A stretch of DNA of 36,311 nt, taken from NCBI GenBank assembly GCA_964512075.1, contig CAZEID010000011.1:1-36311 (forward strand), given 5' to 3'. This document shows, piece by piece, positions 1 through 7,439 of this stretch. This stretch comes from an uncultured Candidatus Saccharibacteria bacterium. GTDB lineage: Bacteria > Patescibacteriota > WWE3 > 9FT-COMBO-53-11. Made by a program: the position numbers and the translations under genes. A model generated the notes under the pieces. It was not told the DNA's origin, made no database searches, and saw only the letters and a list, made by a program, of their open reading frames with translations. How positions within the stretch are numbered: the first letter of the stretch is position 1; every line of letters starts with the position of its first letter.

Positions 1-257
1 GGAGAAAACGTGGGCGGCGGCGGGGGCGTAGTGTCGCCTTGATTTTCTCCTCGACTTCCAGTTAAAAGGGCCCAGAAGTCTCCAATGTAAGTTAGTCCGT
101 TGATCCCGGCGTAGTAGATCAGGGCAACAATGGCCACCAAAACTCCCAAGATTTTTAGGAGCCGGGAAAGGTCGTTTTTCTCCTCTCGGCTGAGATTTTT
201 CCAGCTTTGACTGAGTTTGATTTTTCTGCGGCGGATTGAGTATCTCGATCGATACAT
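1..257 (-). CDS. Partial membrane-anchored protein (N-terminal TM helix, then DTTPPPPPTF, possibly an Ig-like domain); runs off the window
   Basis: Hand translation from ATG at 257: MYRSRYSIRRRKIKLSQSWKNLSREEKNDLSRLLKILGVLVAIVALIYYAGINGLTYIGDFWALLTGSRGENQGDTTPPPPPTFS; no stop. Confidence 0.75.
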   Translation of the reverse strand, partial: MYRSRYSIRRRKIKLSQSWKNLSREEKNDLSRLLKILGVLVAIVALIYYAGINGLTYIGDFWALLTGSRGENQGDTTPPPPPTFS

Positions 258-259
258 TG

Positions 260-359
260 TGAGCGATAGCGAACAATGCTAGGTTTCAGTCCTTTCTGAA
301 CCGTCCATTTGAGCGATAGCGAACAATGCTAGGTTTCAGTCCTTTCTGAACCGTCCATT
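260..359 (-). repeat. Exact 50-bp tandem duplication; each copy is a GAC-hairpin-TAG mini-element on the minus strand
   Basis: 260-309 is identical to 310-359; minus unit AATG GAC GGTTCAG-AAAGGA-CTGAAACC TAG CATTGTTCGCTATCGCTCA. Confidence 0.9.
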
Positions 360-361
360 AA

Positions 362-437
362 TGGAGCCGGAGGTGGGATTCGAACCCACGACCCCCTGTT
401 TACGAAACAGGTGCTCTCCCGCTGAAGCTACTCCGGC
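362..437 (-). tRNA. tRNA-Thr(CGT)
   Basis: Acceptor GCCGGAG/CTCCGGC, anticodon arm CCTGT-TTCGTAA-ACAGG, GGTTCGAATCC, encoded CCA. Confidence 0.95.
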
Positions 438-468
438 TCGGGACGGCGACTTTCCGACTACTAAACTA

Positions 469-1302
469 TTATAACCTAGCGAGGAGAGCGGCTCCGATGG
501 CGCCGGCGGGGGGGCCCAGGGCGGAGCGGAGAATGGGGGTGGACTTGCTAGAAGGATTCCGGATGAACCGGGCGGCGGTTTCCTGGGTCTCTCGGATGAA
601 GAAGTTAGATGCTTCGGCGATTCCTCCTCCCAAGACCACGGCTTCGGGGTCCAGAAGATTAACCAAATTGGCTACAACAATCCCCAGGTTTTTTCCGAAA
701 TCTCGAAAAATCTGGTTGGCCTTCCGATCCCCCGCGGCGGCCCTTTCCCTTAGGATCTGGGGGTTCTCTCCGATTCGCTGGAAGAATTTTGCGGAAGCAA
801 ACTCTTCGGCCTCTTTTTTATTGGGGAGATCAATAATTTCGTGCCCAACCTCGCCGGCCGCGCCTTTCCCGGCGTAGAGGGTCCGGTTTAGGTAGAGGCC
901 TCCCCCGAGGCCGCTCCCGAGGGTTAGACCAATAAAGTTTTGGAGCCCTTGCGCGGCTCCGAGTTGAGCCTCCGCGTAAGTGAAGGCTTTGGCGTCATTA
1001 ATTAGGACGGCAGGAACGCCAAAAATTCTCTCTATCTCTGGCTGAAGTTTCCAGTCTTTCAAGGCGGGGAAGTTGGGGACGTATTCAAGGATTCCCTGGT
1101 GGATAGTCCCGGGAACGCCTACTCCGACTTTTTGGGCCGGCGGAAGTTTCTTAATTTCGTTGGCGATTTCTTGGATAATTTTTTGAAGAGTCCCGCGGGT
1201 TCGGGGGAGAATTTTGAACTCGTTCTCCCGGGCCCGCCGGTCATTCTGAAGGAGAACGTAGCGAACTTTGCTGGCCCCAATATCAATTCCCAAGGTGGTC
1301 AC
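469..1302 (-). CDS. ROK family sugar kinase (glucokinase-like)
   Basis: GIDIGASK, NDA, LGSGLGGG, GEVGH and LGGG motifs; no Cys-rich zinc motif. Confidence 0.9.
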   Translation of the reverse strand: MTTLGIDIGASKVRYVLLQNDRRARENEFKILPRTRGTLQKIIQEIANEIKKLPPAQKVGVGVPGTIHQGILEYVPNFPALKDWKLQPEIERIFGVPAVLINDAKAFTYAEAQLGAAQGLQNFIGLTLGSGLGGGLYLNRTLYAGKGAAGEVGHEIIDLPNKKEAEEFASAKFFQRIGENPQILRERAAAGDRKANQIFRDFGKNLGIVVANLVNLLDPEAVVLGGGIAEASNFFIRETQETAARFIRNPSSKSTPILRSALGPPAGAIGAALLARL

Positions 1303-1307
1303 GGTTG

Positions 1308-1382
1308 TGGAGCGAGGGACGGGATTTGAACCCGCGACTTCCTCCTTGGGAAGGAGGCGTTCTGCCGCTGAACTACCCTCGC
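1308..1382 (-). tRNA. tRNA-Gly(CCC)
   Basis: Acceptor GCGAGGG/CCCTCGC, arm CCTCC-TTCCCAA-GGAGG, U73-CCA. Confidence 0.95.
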
Positions 1383-1426
1383 CTGCCCTTCGACGGTACT
1401 TAGGAAAACCTGCGCCTGCTGAAGGG

Positions 1427-1505
1427 TGGCGGTCCCGACCGGATTTGAACCGGCGATCTTCTCGTTGACAACGAGACGTGTTAGACCAGGCTACACCACG
1501 GGACC
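1427..1505 (-). tRNA. tRNA-Asp(GTC)
   Basis: Acceptor GGTCCCG/CGGGACC, arm TCTCG-TTGTCAA-CGAGA, G73-CCA. Confidence 0.95.
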
Positions 1506-1567
1506 GGGAGCCTCGCGAAAGGTACCGGGTGCTAGGGCGCCAACCGGCGGCCGTCCACCCCGGGACC
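1494..1567 (-). repeat. GAC-hairpin-TAG mini-element at the 5' end of tRNA-Asp, with a duplicated tRNA 5' end
   Basis: GGTCCCGGGGTG|GAC GGCCGCC-GGTT-GGCGCC CTAG CACCCGGTACC...GGTCCCGTGGTG|TAGC. Confidence 0.65.
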
Positions 1568-1620
1568 TCTTCTAAAGTTTACCACACTAGTTTCGCGGAA
1601 ACTGTTAAATTAATCCTGTA

Positions 1621-3375
1621 ATGGAACCGACCAAACTCTCCAATTCCGCGATCGCCCGAATGCTAAGGGAAATTGCGGCCGCTTACGAGATTAAGGGTGA
1701 GAATTGGTTTAGGACGCGGGCTTACGAGGCGGCGGCGGACTCGATTGAACATGCTACTTCCGAAGTCAAGGATCTGTGGGAGGAGGGGCGGCTTGATGAT
1801 CTACCAGGGGTTGGAAAGAATATCGCCGCTTATTTGGACGAATATTTTCGGACGGGGAAGGTGAAGCATTTCGAGGAAGTTAAGAAGGGACTTCCTCCTG
1901 GGATGTTTGCCATTTTCGGGTTGGAGGGAGTGGGGCCGAAGCGGGCTTACCGGTTGGCGGAAGAGTTGAAGGTTCGGACGGTGGAAGATCTCCATCAGGC
2001 TGCTCGCGAAGGCAGAATTGAGAAGCTGGAAGGTTTTGGTCAGCGAAGCCAGGAGCGGATTCTTAAAGCGATTGAGTCTCGAGAGCAGCGCGAGGAGAGG
2101 ATTCTTCTGCCCATTGCGAGTTCGATCGCTGAGCGTCTAATTGAGCAGATCCAGCGCTTGCCGGGAGTGATCCGGGCAGACCCGCTCGGATCTCTTCGTC
2201 GGATGGTTTCGACCGTTGGGGATATCGATATCGGAATTGCCACGACCGCGCCGCGCGCGGTAGTAGAATCTTTTACTTCCCTTCCTGATGTAGCGCGAGT
2301 CGTTGGTGCTGGTGGAGCCAAAGCAACGGTAGTGCTAAAGACGGGTCGTCAGGTGGATATTCGCGTCCACGATCCTCGGAGTTATGGTTCCCTGCTGCAA
2401 TATTTCACTGGTTCGAAGGCGCATAATATTCATACTCGAAAGATTGCCAACCGCCGAGGTTTTTCCCTTTCGGAGTATGGGATTAAGCCGTACCGCGGGG
2501 GGAAGATCGTTGGGGACTACCTGCCGGTGGAGACGGAGGAGGAATTTTACCGACTTTTAGGATTGCCGTGGATTCCGCCAGAGTTGCGGGAGGATACGGG
2601 GGAGATTGAGGCCGCCCAGCAGGGGAGGTTGCCAAAGCTAGTCGAACTGGGAGATATCCGGGGGGAAGTGCATGTTCACACGCTCCACTCGGACGGGGAG
2701 GAAACCACCGCTGACATGATTGAGGAGGCGATTAGATTGGGGCGCCGATATGTCGGAATTTCCGACCATGCTCCCTCGGTCGCAACACGGGGATTCACTG
2801 AGGCGAAGGCGGAGATTCTGCGGCGGAAACGGGAGATTGAGGAACTGCGGAAGAGATTTTCCGGGAGAATTGAAATATTCTTTGGCGCGGAGGTTAATAT
2901 TGATGCGCAAGCGAGAATGGCACTTCCGGACGAATTACTTAAACTCTACGAGTACACAATTGGTGCAATTCATACTTCATTTGATCAGTCCAAAGAGGAG
3001 ATTACTTCCCGTCTCCTCGCCGCGCTGGAGAATCCTTACGTGAATTTGCTGGGTCATCCGACGGGCCGACTACTGGGGGAGCGGGAAGCTTACGAGGCGG
3101 ATTGGGAAAGGATTTTTGCGGCGGCGGAGGGGTTTTGTAAGCCTTTGGAGATCAATGCTTATCCCTCCCGGTTGGACCTTCCCGATGACCTGGTTCGGGC
3201 GGCTCGGAAGCGGAAAATAAAGTTCGTGATTGGTACCGACGCGCATCGCTTTGAGCACTACCGCAACCTCCGGTTTGGAGTAGCGGTGGCTCGGCGAGGT
3301 TGGTGCGAAAGGGAGGACATTCTCAATACGGCTGCGGCTTCAGACTTTGTTAAACTGTTTAAGATAAGACGCTAA
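1621..3375 (+). CDS. polX: DNA polymerase X with C-terminal PHP domain
   Basis: HhH motifs, GSLRR...GDIDI, VDIR, YFTGSKAHN, PHP residues HVHT, SDH, GHPTGR, TDAH. Confidence 0.95.
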   Translation: MEPTKLSNSAIARMLREIAAAYEIKGENWFRTRAYEAAADSIEHATSEVKDLWEEGRLDDLPGVGKNIAAYLDEYFRTGKVKHFEEVKKGLPPGMFAIFGLEGVGPKRAYRLAEELKVRTVEDLHQAAREGRIEKLEGFGQRSQERILKAIESREQREERILLPIASSIAERLIEQIQRLPGVIRADPLGSLRRMVSTVGDIDIGIATTAPRAVVESFTSLPDVARVVGAGGAKATVVLKTGRQVDIRVHDPRSYGSLLQYFTGSKAHNIHTRKIANRRGFSLSEYGIKPYRGGKIVGDYLPVETEEEFYRLLGLPWIPPELREDTGEIEAAQQGRLPKLVELGDIRGEVHVHTLHSDGEETTADMIEEAIRLGRRYVGISDHAPSVATRGFTEAKAEILRRKREIEELRKRFSGRIEIFFGAEVNIDAQARMALPDELLKLYEYTIGAIHTSFDQSKEEITSRLLAALENPYVNLLGHPTGRLLGEREAYEADWERIFAAAEGFCKPLEINAYPSRLDLPDDLVRAARKRKIKFVIGTDAHRFEHYRNLRFGVAVARRGWCEREDILNTAAASDFVKLFKIRR

Positions 3376-3388
3376 GGGGGTGATTTAA

Positions 3389-3940
3389 TTGTCGACGATT
3401 TATTACATCATTGGTCTGCTTGTCCTAGCAGGGCTTTATCTTTTCTGGCTCTACAATTCTCTAGTGCGGGCCAAAACTAAAGTGGAAGAGGCTTGGAGTC
3501 AAGTTGACGTTCAGCTCAAAAGGCGAATCGATCTGATTCCAAATTTAGTGGAGGTGGTCAAGGGTTACGCCAAGCACGAGAAGGGTCTCTTCGAGAATGT
3601 CACCAAAGCCCGCTCAGCGCTCTTGGCGGCAAGAACCGTCAAGGAGTCGGAGGAGGCGGACAATCTTCTGGCGGGTGCGCTGAAGTCGCTTTTTGCGGTG
3701 GCGGAGAACTATCCGGAGTTGAAGGCCTCGGAAAACTTCCGAGAGCTGCAGGCCGGACTGGCAGATACCGAAGACAAAGTTGCTTACGCTCGCCAGTTCT
3801 ACAATGCCAATGTTCGGGACTTCAACATTCTAATCAAGTCTTTTCCGAACGTGCTTCTGGCTTCGATTCTGGGATTTAAAGCGGCGGAGTTCTTCGAGGC
3901 GGAGGCGGAAGAGCGCGAGAAGCCCGCGGTCAAGTTCTAG
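3389..3940 (+). CDS. lemA: LemA family protein
   Basis: N-terminal [35 protein letters not shown]. Confidence 0.95.
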   Translation: MSTIYYIIGLLVLAGLYLFWLYNSLVRAKTKVEEAWSQVDVQLKRRIDLIPNLVEVVKGYAKHEKGLFENVTKARSALLAARTVKESEEADNLLAGALKSLFAVAENYPELKASENFRELQAGLADTEDKVAYARQFYNANVRDFNILIKSFPNVLLASILGFKAAEFFEAEAEEREKPAVKF

Positions 3941-4032
3941 TTCTTTACCCACCTTTACCCTCAATTGGCCAGCTCGGCTCCCGCCGAACCTGGTAATTTT
4001 GGATATTCCAAAATTGTGCTAACTTTTAAGAG

Positions 4033-4326
4033 ATGGCCAGGTCTGCGAGGTTGGATATTAGTTATATTGCGAAACTAGCCCGATTGAAACTTACCCCGGA
4101 GGAGGAAGCGGATTTTTCTCGACAGCTCGCGGATGTTTTGAGGCACGTCGAAAAGTTGGAAGAGCTTGACCTCAAAGGGGTTTCCCCGACTTTCCAAACC
4201 ACCGGGGCGACGGACGCGGTTCGTCCGGATCGGGTCGATTTAGAGCGGGGACTTGCCCAGAAGGAGGCGCTGGCCGGTACGGCTTACTCTCGCCGCGGCT
4301 TTTTCCGGGTTCCCAAGATTCTATGA
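4033..4326 (+). CDS. gatC: Asp/Glu-tRNA amidotransferase subunit C
   Basis: IAKLARL...FFRVPKIL; upstream of gatA. Confidence 0.92.
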   Translation: MARSARLDISYIAKLARLKLTPEEEADFSRQLADVLRHVEKLEELDLKGVSPTFQTTGATDAVRPDRVDLERGLAQKEALAGTAYSRRGFFRVPKIL

Positions 4327-5726
4327 TCGAGATTACGAACCTTTCGCTTAAACAGTTGTCTCAAGGAGTGGCTACCGGAGAATTTAGTGCGGTAGAGGTC
4401 CTGCAGGCGTTTCTGAAGAAAATCGCCGAAAAAGAAAGGCGACTAAATGCTTTCATTACTGTTAACAGTGAGGGAGCATTAAAGGCTGCGCAGGCCATTA
4501 AGCGGGGCGGGAAGGGAAAGCTTCTCGGAGTACCCCTCGCGATCAAGGACAACATTTCCACCAAAGGGTTGCGAACGACCGCGGGATCTAAAATCATCGA
4601 GAATTACATTCCGCCTTACAACGCGACAGTAATTGAGAAAGTTTTGCGCGAGGGCGCCATTATTCTGGGTAAGACCAACCTGGACGAGTTTGCCATGGGT
4701 TCCTCTACCGAAAATTCGGCTTATGGGGTGACTAAGAATCCCGCGGATCTAACCCGGGTCCCCGGCGGTTCCTCCGGAGGTTCTGCCGCGGCGGTGGCTG
4801 CGGGAATGGCCCCCGCCGCGCTGGGAACGGATACGGGGGGCTCGATCCGTCAGCCGGCAGCGTTCTGCGGGGTGGTGGGCTTTCGCCCCACCTATGGAGC
4901 GGTTTCCCGTTACGGAGTAATTGCTTTAACCTCTTCCTTGGATCAAGTTGGACCGCTAACTCGGACCGTGGCGGACGCCCGCTACCTTTTTGAGATCATT
5001 CGGGGGAAAGATCCTTACGATGCGACGACGGTTAATGTCCCTTCTCCCGCGACCAAGAAGGGAAAGTTACGGGTGGGATTGCCGCAGGAGTATTTTTCAG
5101 GCAAAGGTTTGGATCCCCGCGTTGGCGCTCGGGTTCAAGAAGCCGCCCAGTATTTGGTGGAGCGGGGGATGGTCGTAGAGGAGATTTCTCTTCCTCACAC
5201 GGAATATGGTCTTCCCGTTTACTACATTCTCACTCCTTCTGAAGCTTCGGCGAATCTTGCCCGCTTTGACGGGGTGCGGTTTGGCCACCAAGCGGTGGCG
5301 GAGAGTCTGGAGGCCTTTTACCTTCGGTCGCGAGGAGAAGGGTTCGGGGCCGAGCCTAAGCGGCGGATTATTTTGGGTACGTTTGCCCTTTCCTCTGGGT
5401 ACGCCGAGCAGTACTACCTGCGGGCAGCTCGGGCCCGAACCTTGATTGGAGACGATTTTCGGAAAGCCTTTCAGAAAGTGGATCTAATCCTGGCTCCGGT
5501 AACGCCGACCACCGCTTTCAAGATTGGGGAGAAGAAGGATCCGCTCTCCATGTACCTTTCCGACATCTTCACAATTCCTGCCAACCTGGCGGGATTGCCG
5601 GGAATCTCCGTTCCGGTGGGAACTTTGGCAGGATTGCCCGTGGGGGTTCAGCTGATTGGGCCCCAGTTCTCGGAGGAACGACTCTTCGCGGTAGGAGAAT
5701 TGCTGGAAGAAAACCGCTGGTCCTGA
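4323..5726 (+). CDS. gatA: Asp/Glu-tRNA amidotransferase subunit A
   Basis: Amidase signature GGSSGGSAAAVA, GTDTGGSIRQPA, KTNLDEFAMGSSTE. Confidence 0.97.
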   Translation: MIEITNLSLKQLSQGVATGEFSAVEVLQAFLKKIAEKERRLNAFITVNSEGALKAAQAIKRGGKGKLLGVPLAIKDNISTKGLRTTAGSKIIENYIPPYNATVIEKVLREGAIILGKTNLDEFAMGSSTENSAYGVTKNPADLTRVPGGSSGGSAAAVAAGMAPAALGTDTGGSIRQPAAFCGVVGFRPTYGAVSRYGVIALTSSLDQVGPLTRTVADARYLFEIIRGKDPYDATTVNVPSPATKKGKLRVGLPQEYFSGKGLDPRVGARVQEAAQYLVERGMVVEEISLPHTEYGLPVYYILTPSEASANLARFDGVRFGHQAVAESLEAFYLRSRGEGFGAEPKRRIILGTFALSSGYAEQYYLRAARARTLIGDDFRKAFQKVDLILAPVTPTTAFKIGEKKDPLSMYLSDIFTIPANLAGLPGISVPVGTLAGLPVGVQLIGPQFSEERLFAVGELLEENRWS

Positions 5727-5742
5727 TGCAGAGCAGCTCAAG

Positions 5743-6147
5743 ATGAGTATTTTGGGGAGAATTTTTGGAAAGAAGGAAAGTCAGCGCGGCCGCGCCACCA
5801 TGGGGGCGCTGAAGCCATTTGACAAGCAGAGGATTCGGGAAGAGTGGGGAAGGATTGCGCAACTAGCCCAAACCGCGCGCCCTAGTGCTTATAAGGAAGC
5901 GGTGATCGCCGCCGATAAATTGCTGGACTATGCTCTTGGGCAAATTGCTTCCGGAGAAACATTGGGAGAGCGGTTAAAGAATGCCGATGCCGCCTTTCCG
6001 CGGAGCGTTTACCAAGGTCTTTGGGATGCGCATAAGATGCGAAACGCTTTGGTTCACGAAACCGATTTTGATCTGCCCGTCCTAGTGGCGAAGGAGCTGT
6101 TGGAAAAGTTCCGCCAGGGATTTACGGCTTTGGGAGTGGATTTATGA
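5743..6147 (+). CDS. Small HEPN/DUF4145-like protein between gatA and gatB
   Basis: All-helical pattern, ADKLLD..L, GERLK, Rx4H motif (RNALVH). Confidence 0.65.
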   Translation: MSILGRIFGKKESQRGRATMGALKPFDKQRIREEWGRIAQLAQTARPSAYKEAVIAADKLLDYALGQIASGETLGERLKNADAAFPRSVYQGLWDAHKMRNALVHETDFDLPVLVAKELLEKFRQGFTALGVDL

Positions 6148-7439
6148 CGAGCTACGAACCGGTAATCGGTCTAGAGGTTCATACTCAGGTAAAGACCCGG
6201 TCAAAGATGTTTTGCGACTGCCCGGCGACTGTTTTTGGTCGGGAGCCGAACACGGCAACTTGCCCAGTTTGCTTGGGCCTGCCGGGGGCCTTGCCCGTGC
6301 CGAACGCCGTTGCAATTGAGAAAACAGTGGTGCTGGCCAAAGCCTTGGGGTGCCAACTGGCAACCTTCTCCCAGTTTGAGCGAAAAAATTACTTTTATCC
6401 CGATCTGCCCAAGGGCTTTCAAATCAGTCAATACGCGGGTCCAGTGGGAAGAGAAGGGAAGCTGGCGGGAATCAATATTACCCGGGTCCATCTGGAGGAG
6501 GATACCGGCCGGCTTCTGCACGAGCCGACCGAAACGCTGGTTGATTTTAATCGTTCCGGCATCCCGCTGATTGAAATCGTAACCGAGCCGGAATTCTCCG
6601 ATCCGAAGGTGGTTTCCCAGTTCCTAAAGGAGTTGCGGAACCTGCTGGTTCATTTGGAAATCTCTACCGCCGACATGGAGAAAGGGTCCTTGCGGCTGGA
6701 GGCCAATATTTCCCTCCGGAAAGTGGGAGAGCGGGGTTTACCCCCTTACAAAGTAGAGTTGAAGAATATTAACTCCTTTGCCTTCTTGGAGGAGGCCCTA
6801 GGAGCGGAGATTGCTCGCCAGCAGAGACTGTTGGCAATGGGAGAGGTCGTGGTCCAAGAAACCCGCGGTTTTGATGAGAAACGCCGGTTGACTGTTTCCC
6901 AGCGGCGAAAGGAGGAAGCTTTTGACTACCGCTACTTCCCAGAGCCGGACCTTCCTCCTCTGACGGCGAAATCGCTGAAGAGCGCGGTTCGCATCAGAAC
7001 GCCGGAGAGGATTCGGGAGGAGTATCGGGCTTTAGGTCTTCCGGAGAAGTACGGGGAGGTTTTTATCCGGGATCGGGAGCTGGCGACCATTTTTGAGGAG
7101 GTTCAGAAGGAGATTCCCGCCGAGGAGGCCGCAAATATTTTGGTGAATAAGCGTTTCGGGGACCCCAAGCGACTGGGGGCCCGCCGGATTTTGGAAGCGT
7201 TTCATTCCCGAAAGAGGCAGGTACTGATAACTGGGGAGGAACTTCAGTCGCTGGCCGAGAAAGTAGTGCTTGACAACCCGGCGGCAGTGAGCGATTATTC
7301 GGCGGGGAAAGCCGCAGCCTTGCAGTTCCTTTTGGGTCAATTAATGCGAGAAACCAAGGGGAGAATTTCCCCGGTGGAAGGGAAAGAGCTGCTCCGGAAA
7401 ATTATTGATGCCCGAACTAAAGCTTCTTCCCAAAACTAG
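6144..7439 (+). CDS. gatB: Asp/Glu-tRNA amidotransferase subunit B
   Basis: IGLEVH, CPVCLGLPGALP, RKNYFYPDLPKGFQISQ, HLEED, DYRYFPEPDLPP. Confidence 0.97.
   Translation: MTSYEPVIGLEVHTQVKTRSKMFCDCPATVFGREPNTATCPVCLGLPGALPVPNAVAIEKTVVLAKALGCQLATFSQFERKNYFYPDLPKGFQISQYAGPVGREGKLAGINITRVHLEEDTGRLLHEPTETLVDFNRSGIPLIEIVTEPEFSDPKVVSQFLKELRNLLVHLEISTADMEKGSLRLEANISLRKVGERGLPPYKVELKNINSFAFLEEALGAEIARQQRLLAMGEVVVQETRGFDEKRRLTVSQRRKEEAFDYRYFPEPDLPPLTAKSLKSAVRIRTPERIREEYRALGLPEKYGEVFIRDRELATIFEEVQKEIPAEEAANILVNKRFGDPKRLGARRILEAFHSRKRQVLITGEELQSLAEKVVLDNPAAVSDYSAGKAAALQFLLGQLMRETKGRISPVEGKELLRKIIDARTKASSQN

Noticed and set aside
260-359. CRISPR array
   Set aside because: Two abutting 50-bp copies, no spacer, no cas genes
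1383-1567. A second nested tRNA around tRNA-Asp (CGGTAC/GTACCG as anticodon stem)
   Set aside because: No T-arm or acceptor 3' strand downstream; the mini-element reading explains the leader better
3963-3998. Hairpin between lemA and gatC as another mini-element
   Set aside because: No GAC/TAG junctions or flank duplication; probably a terminator-like stem
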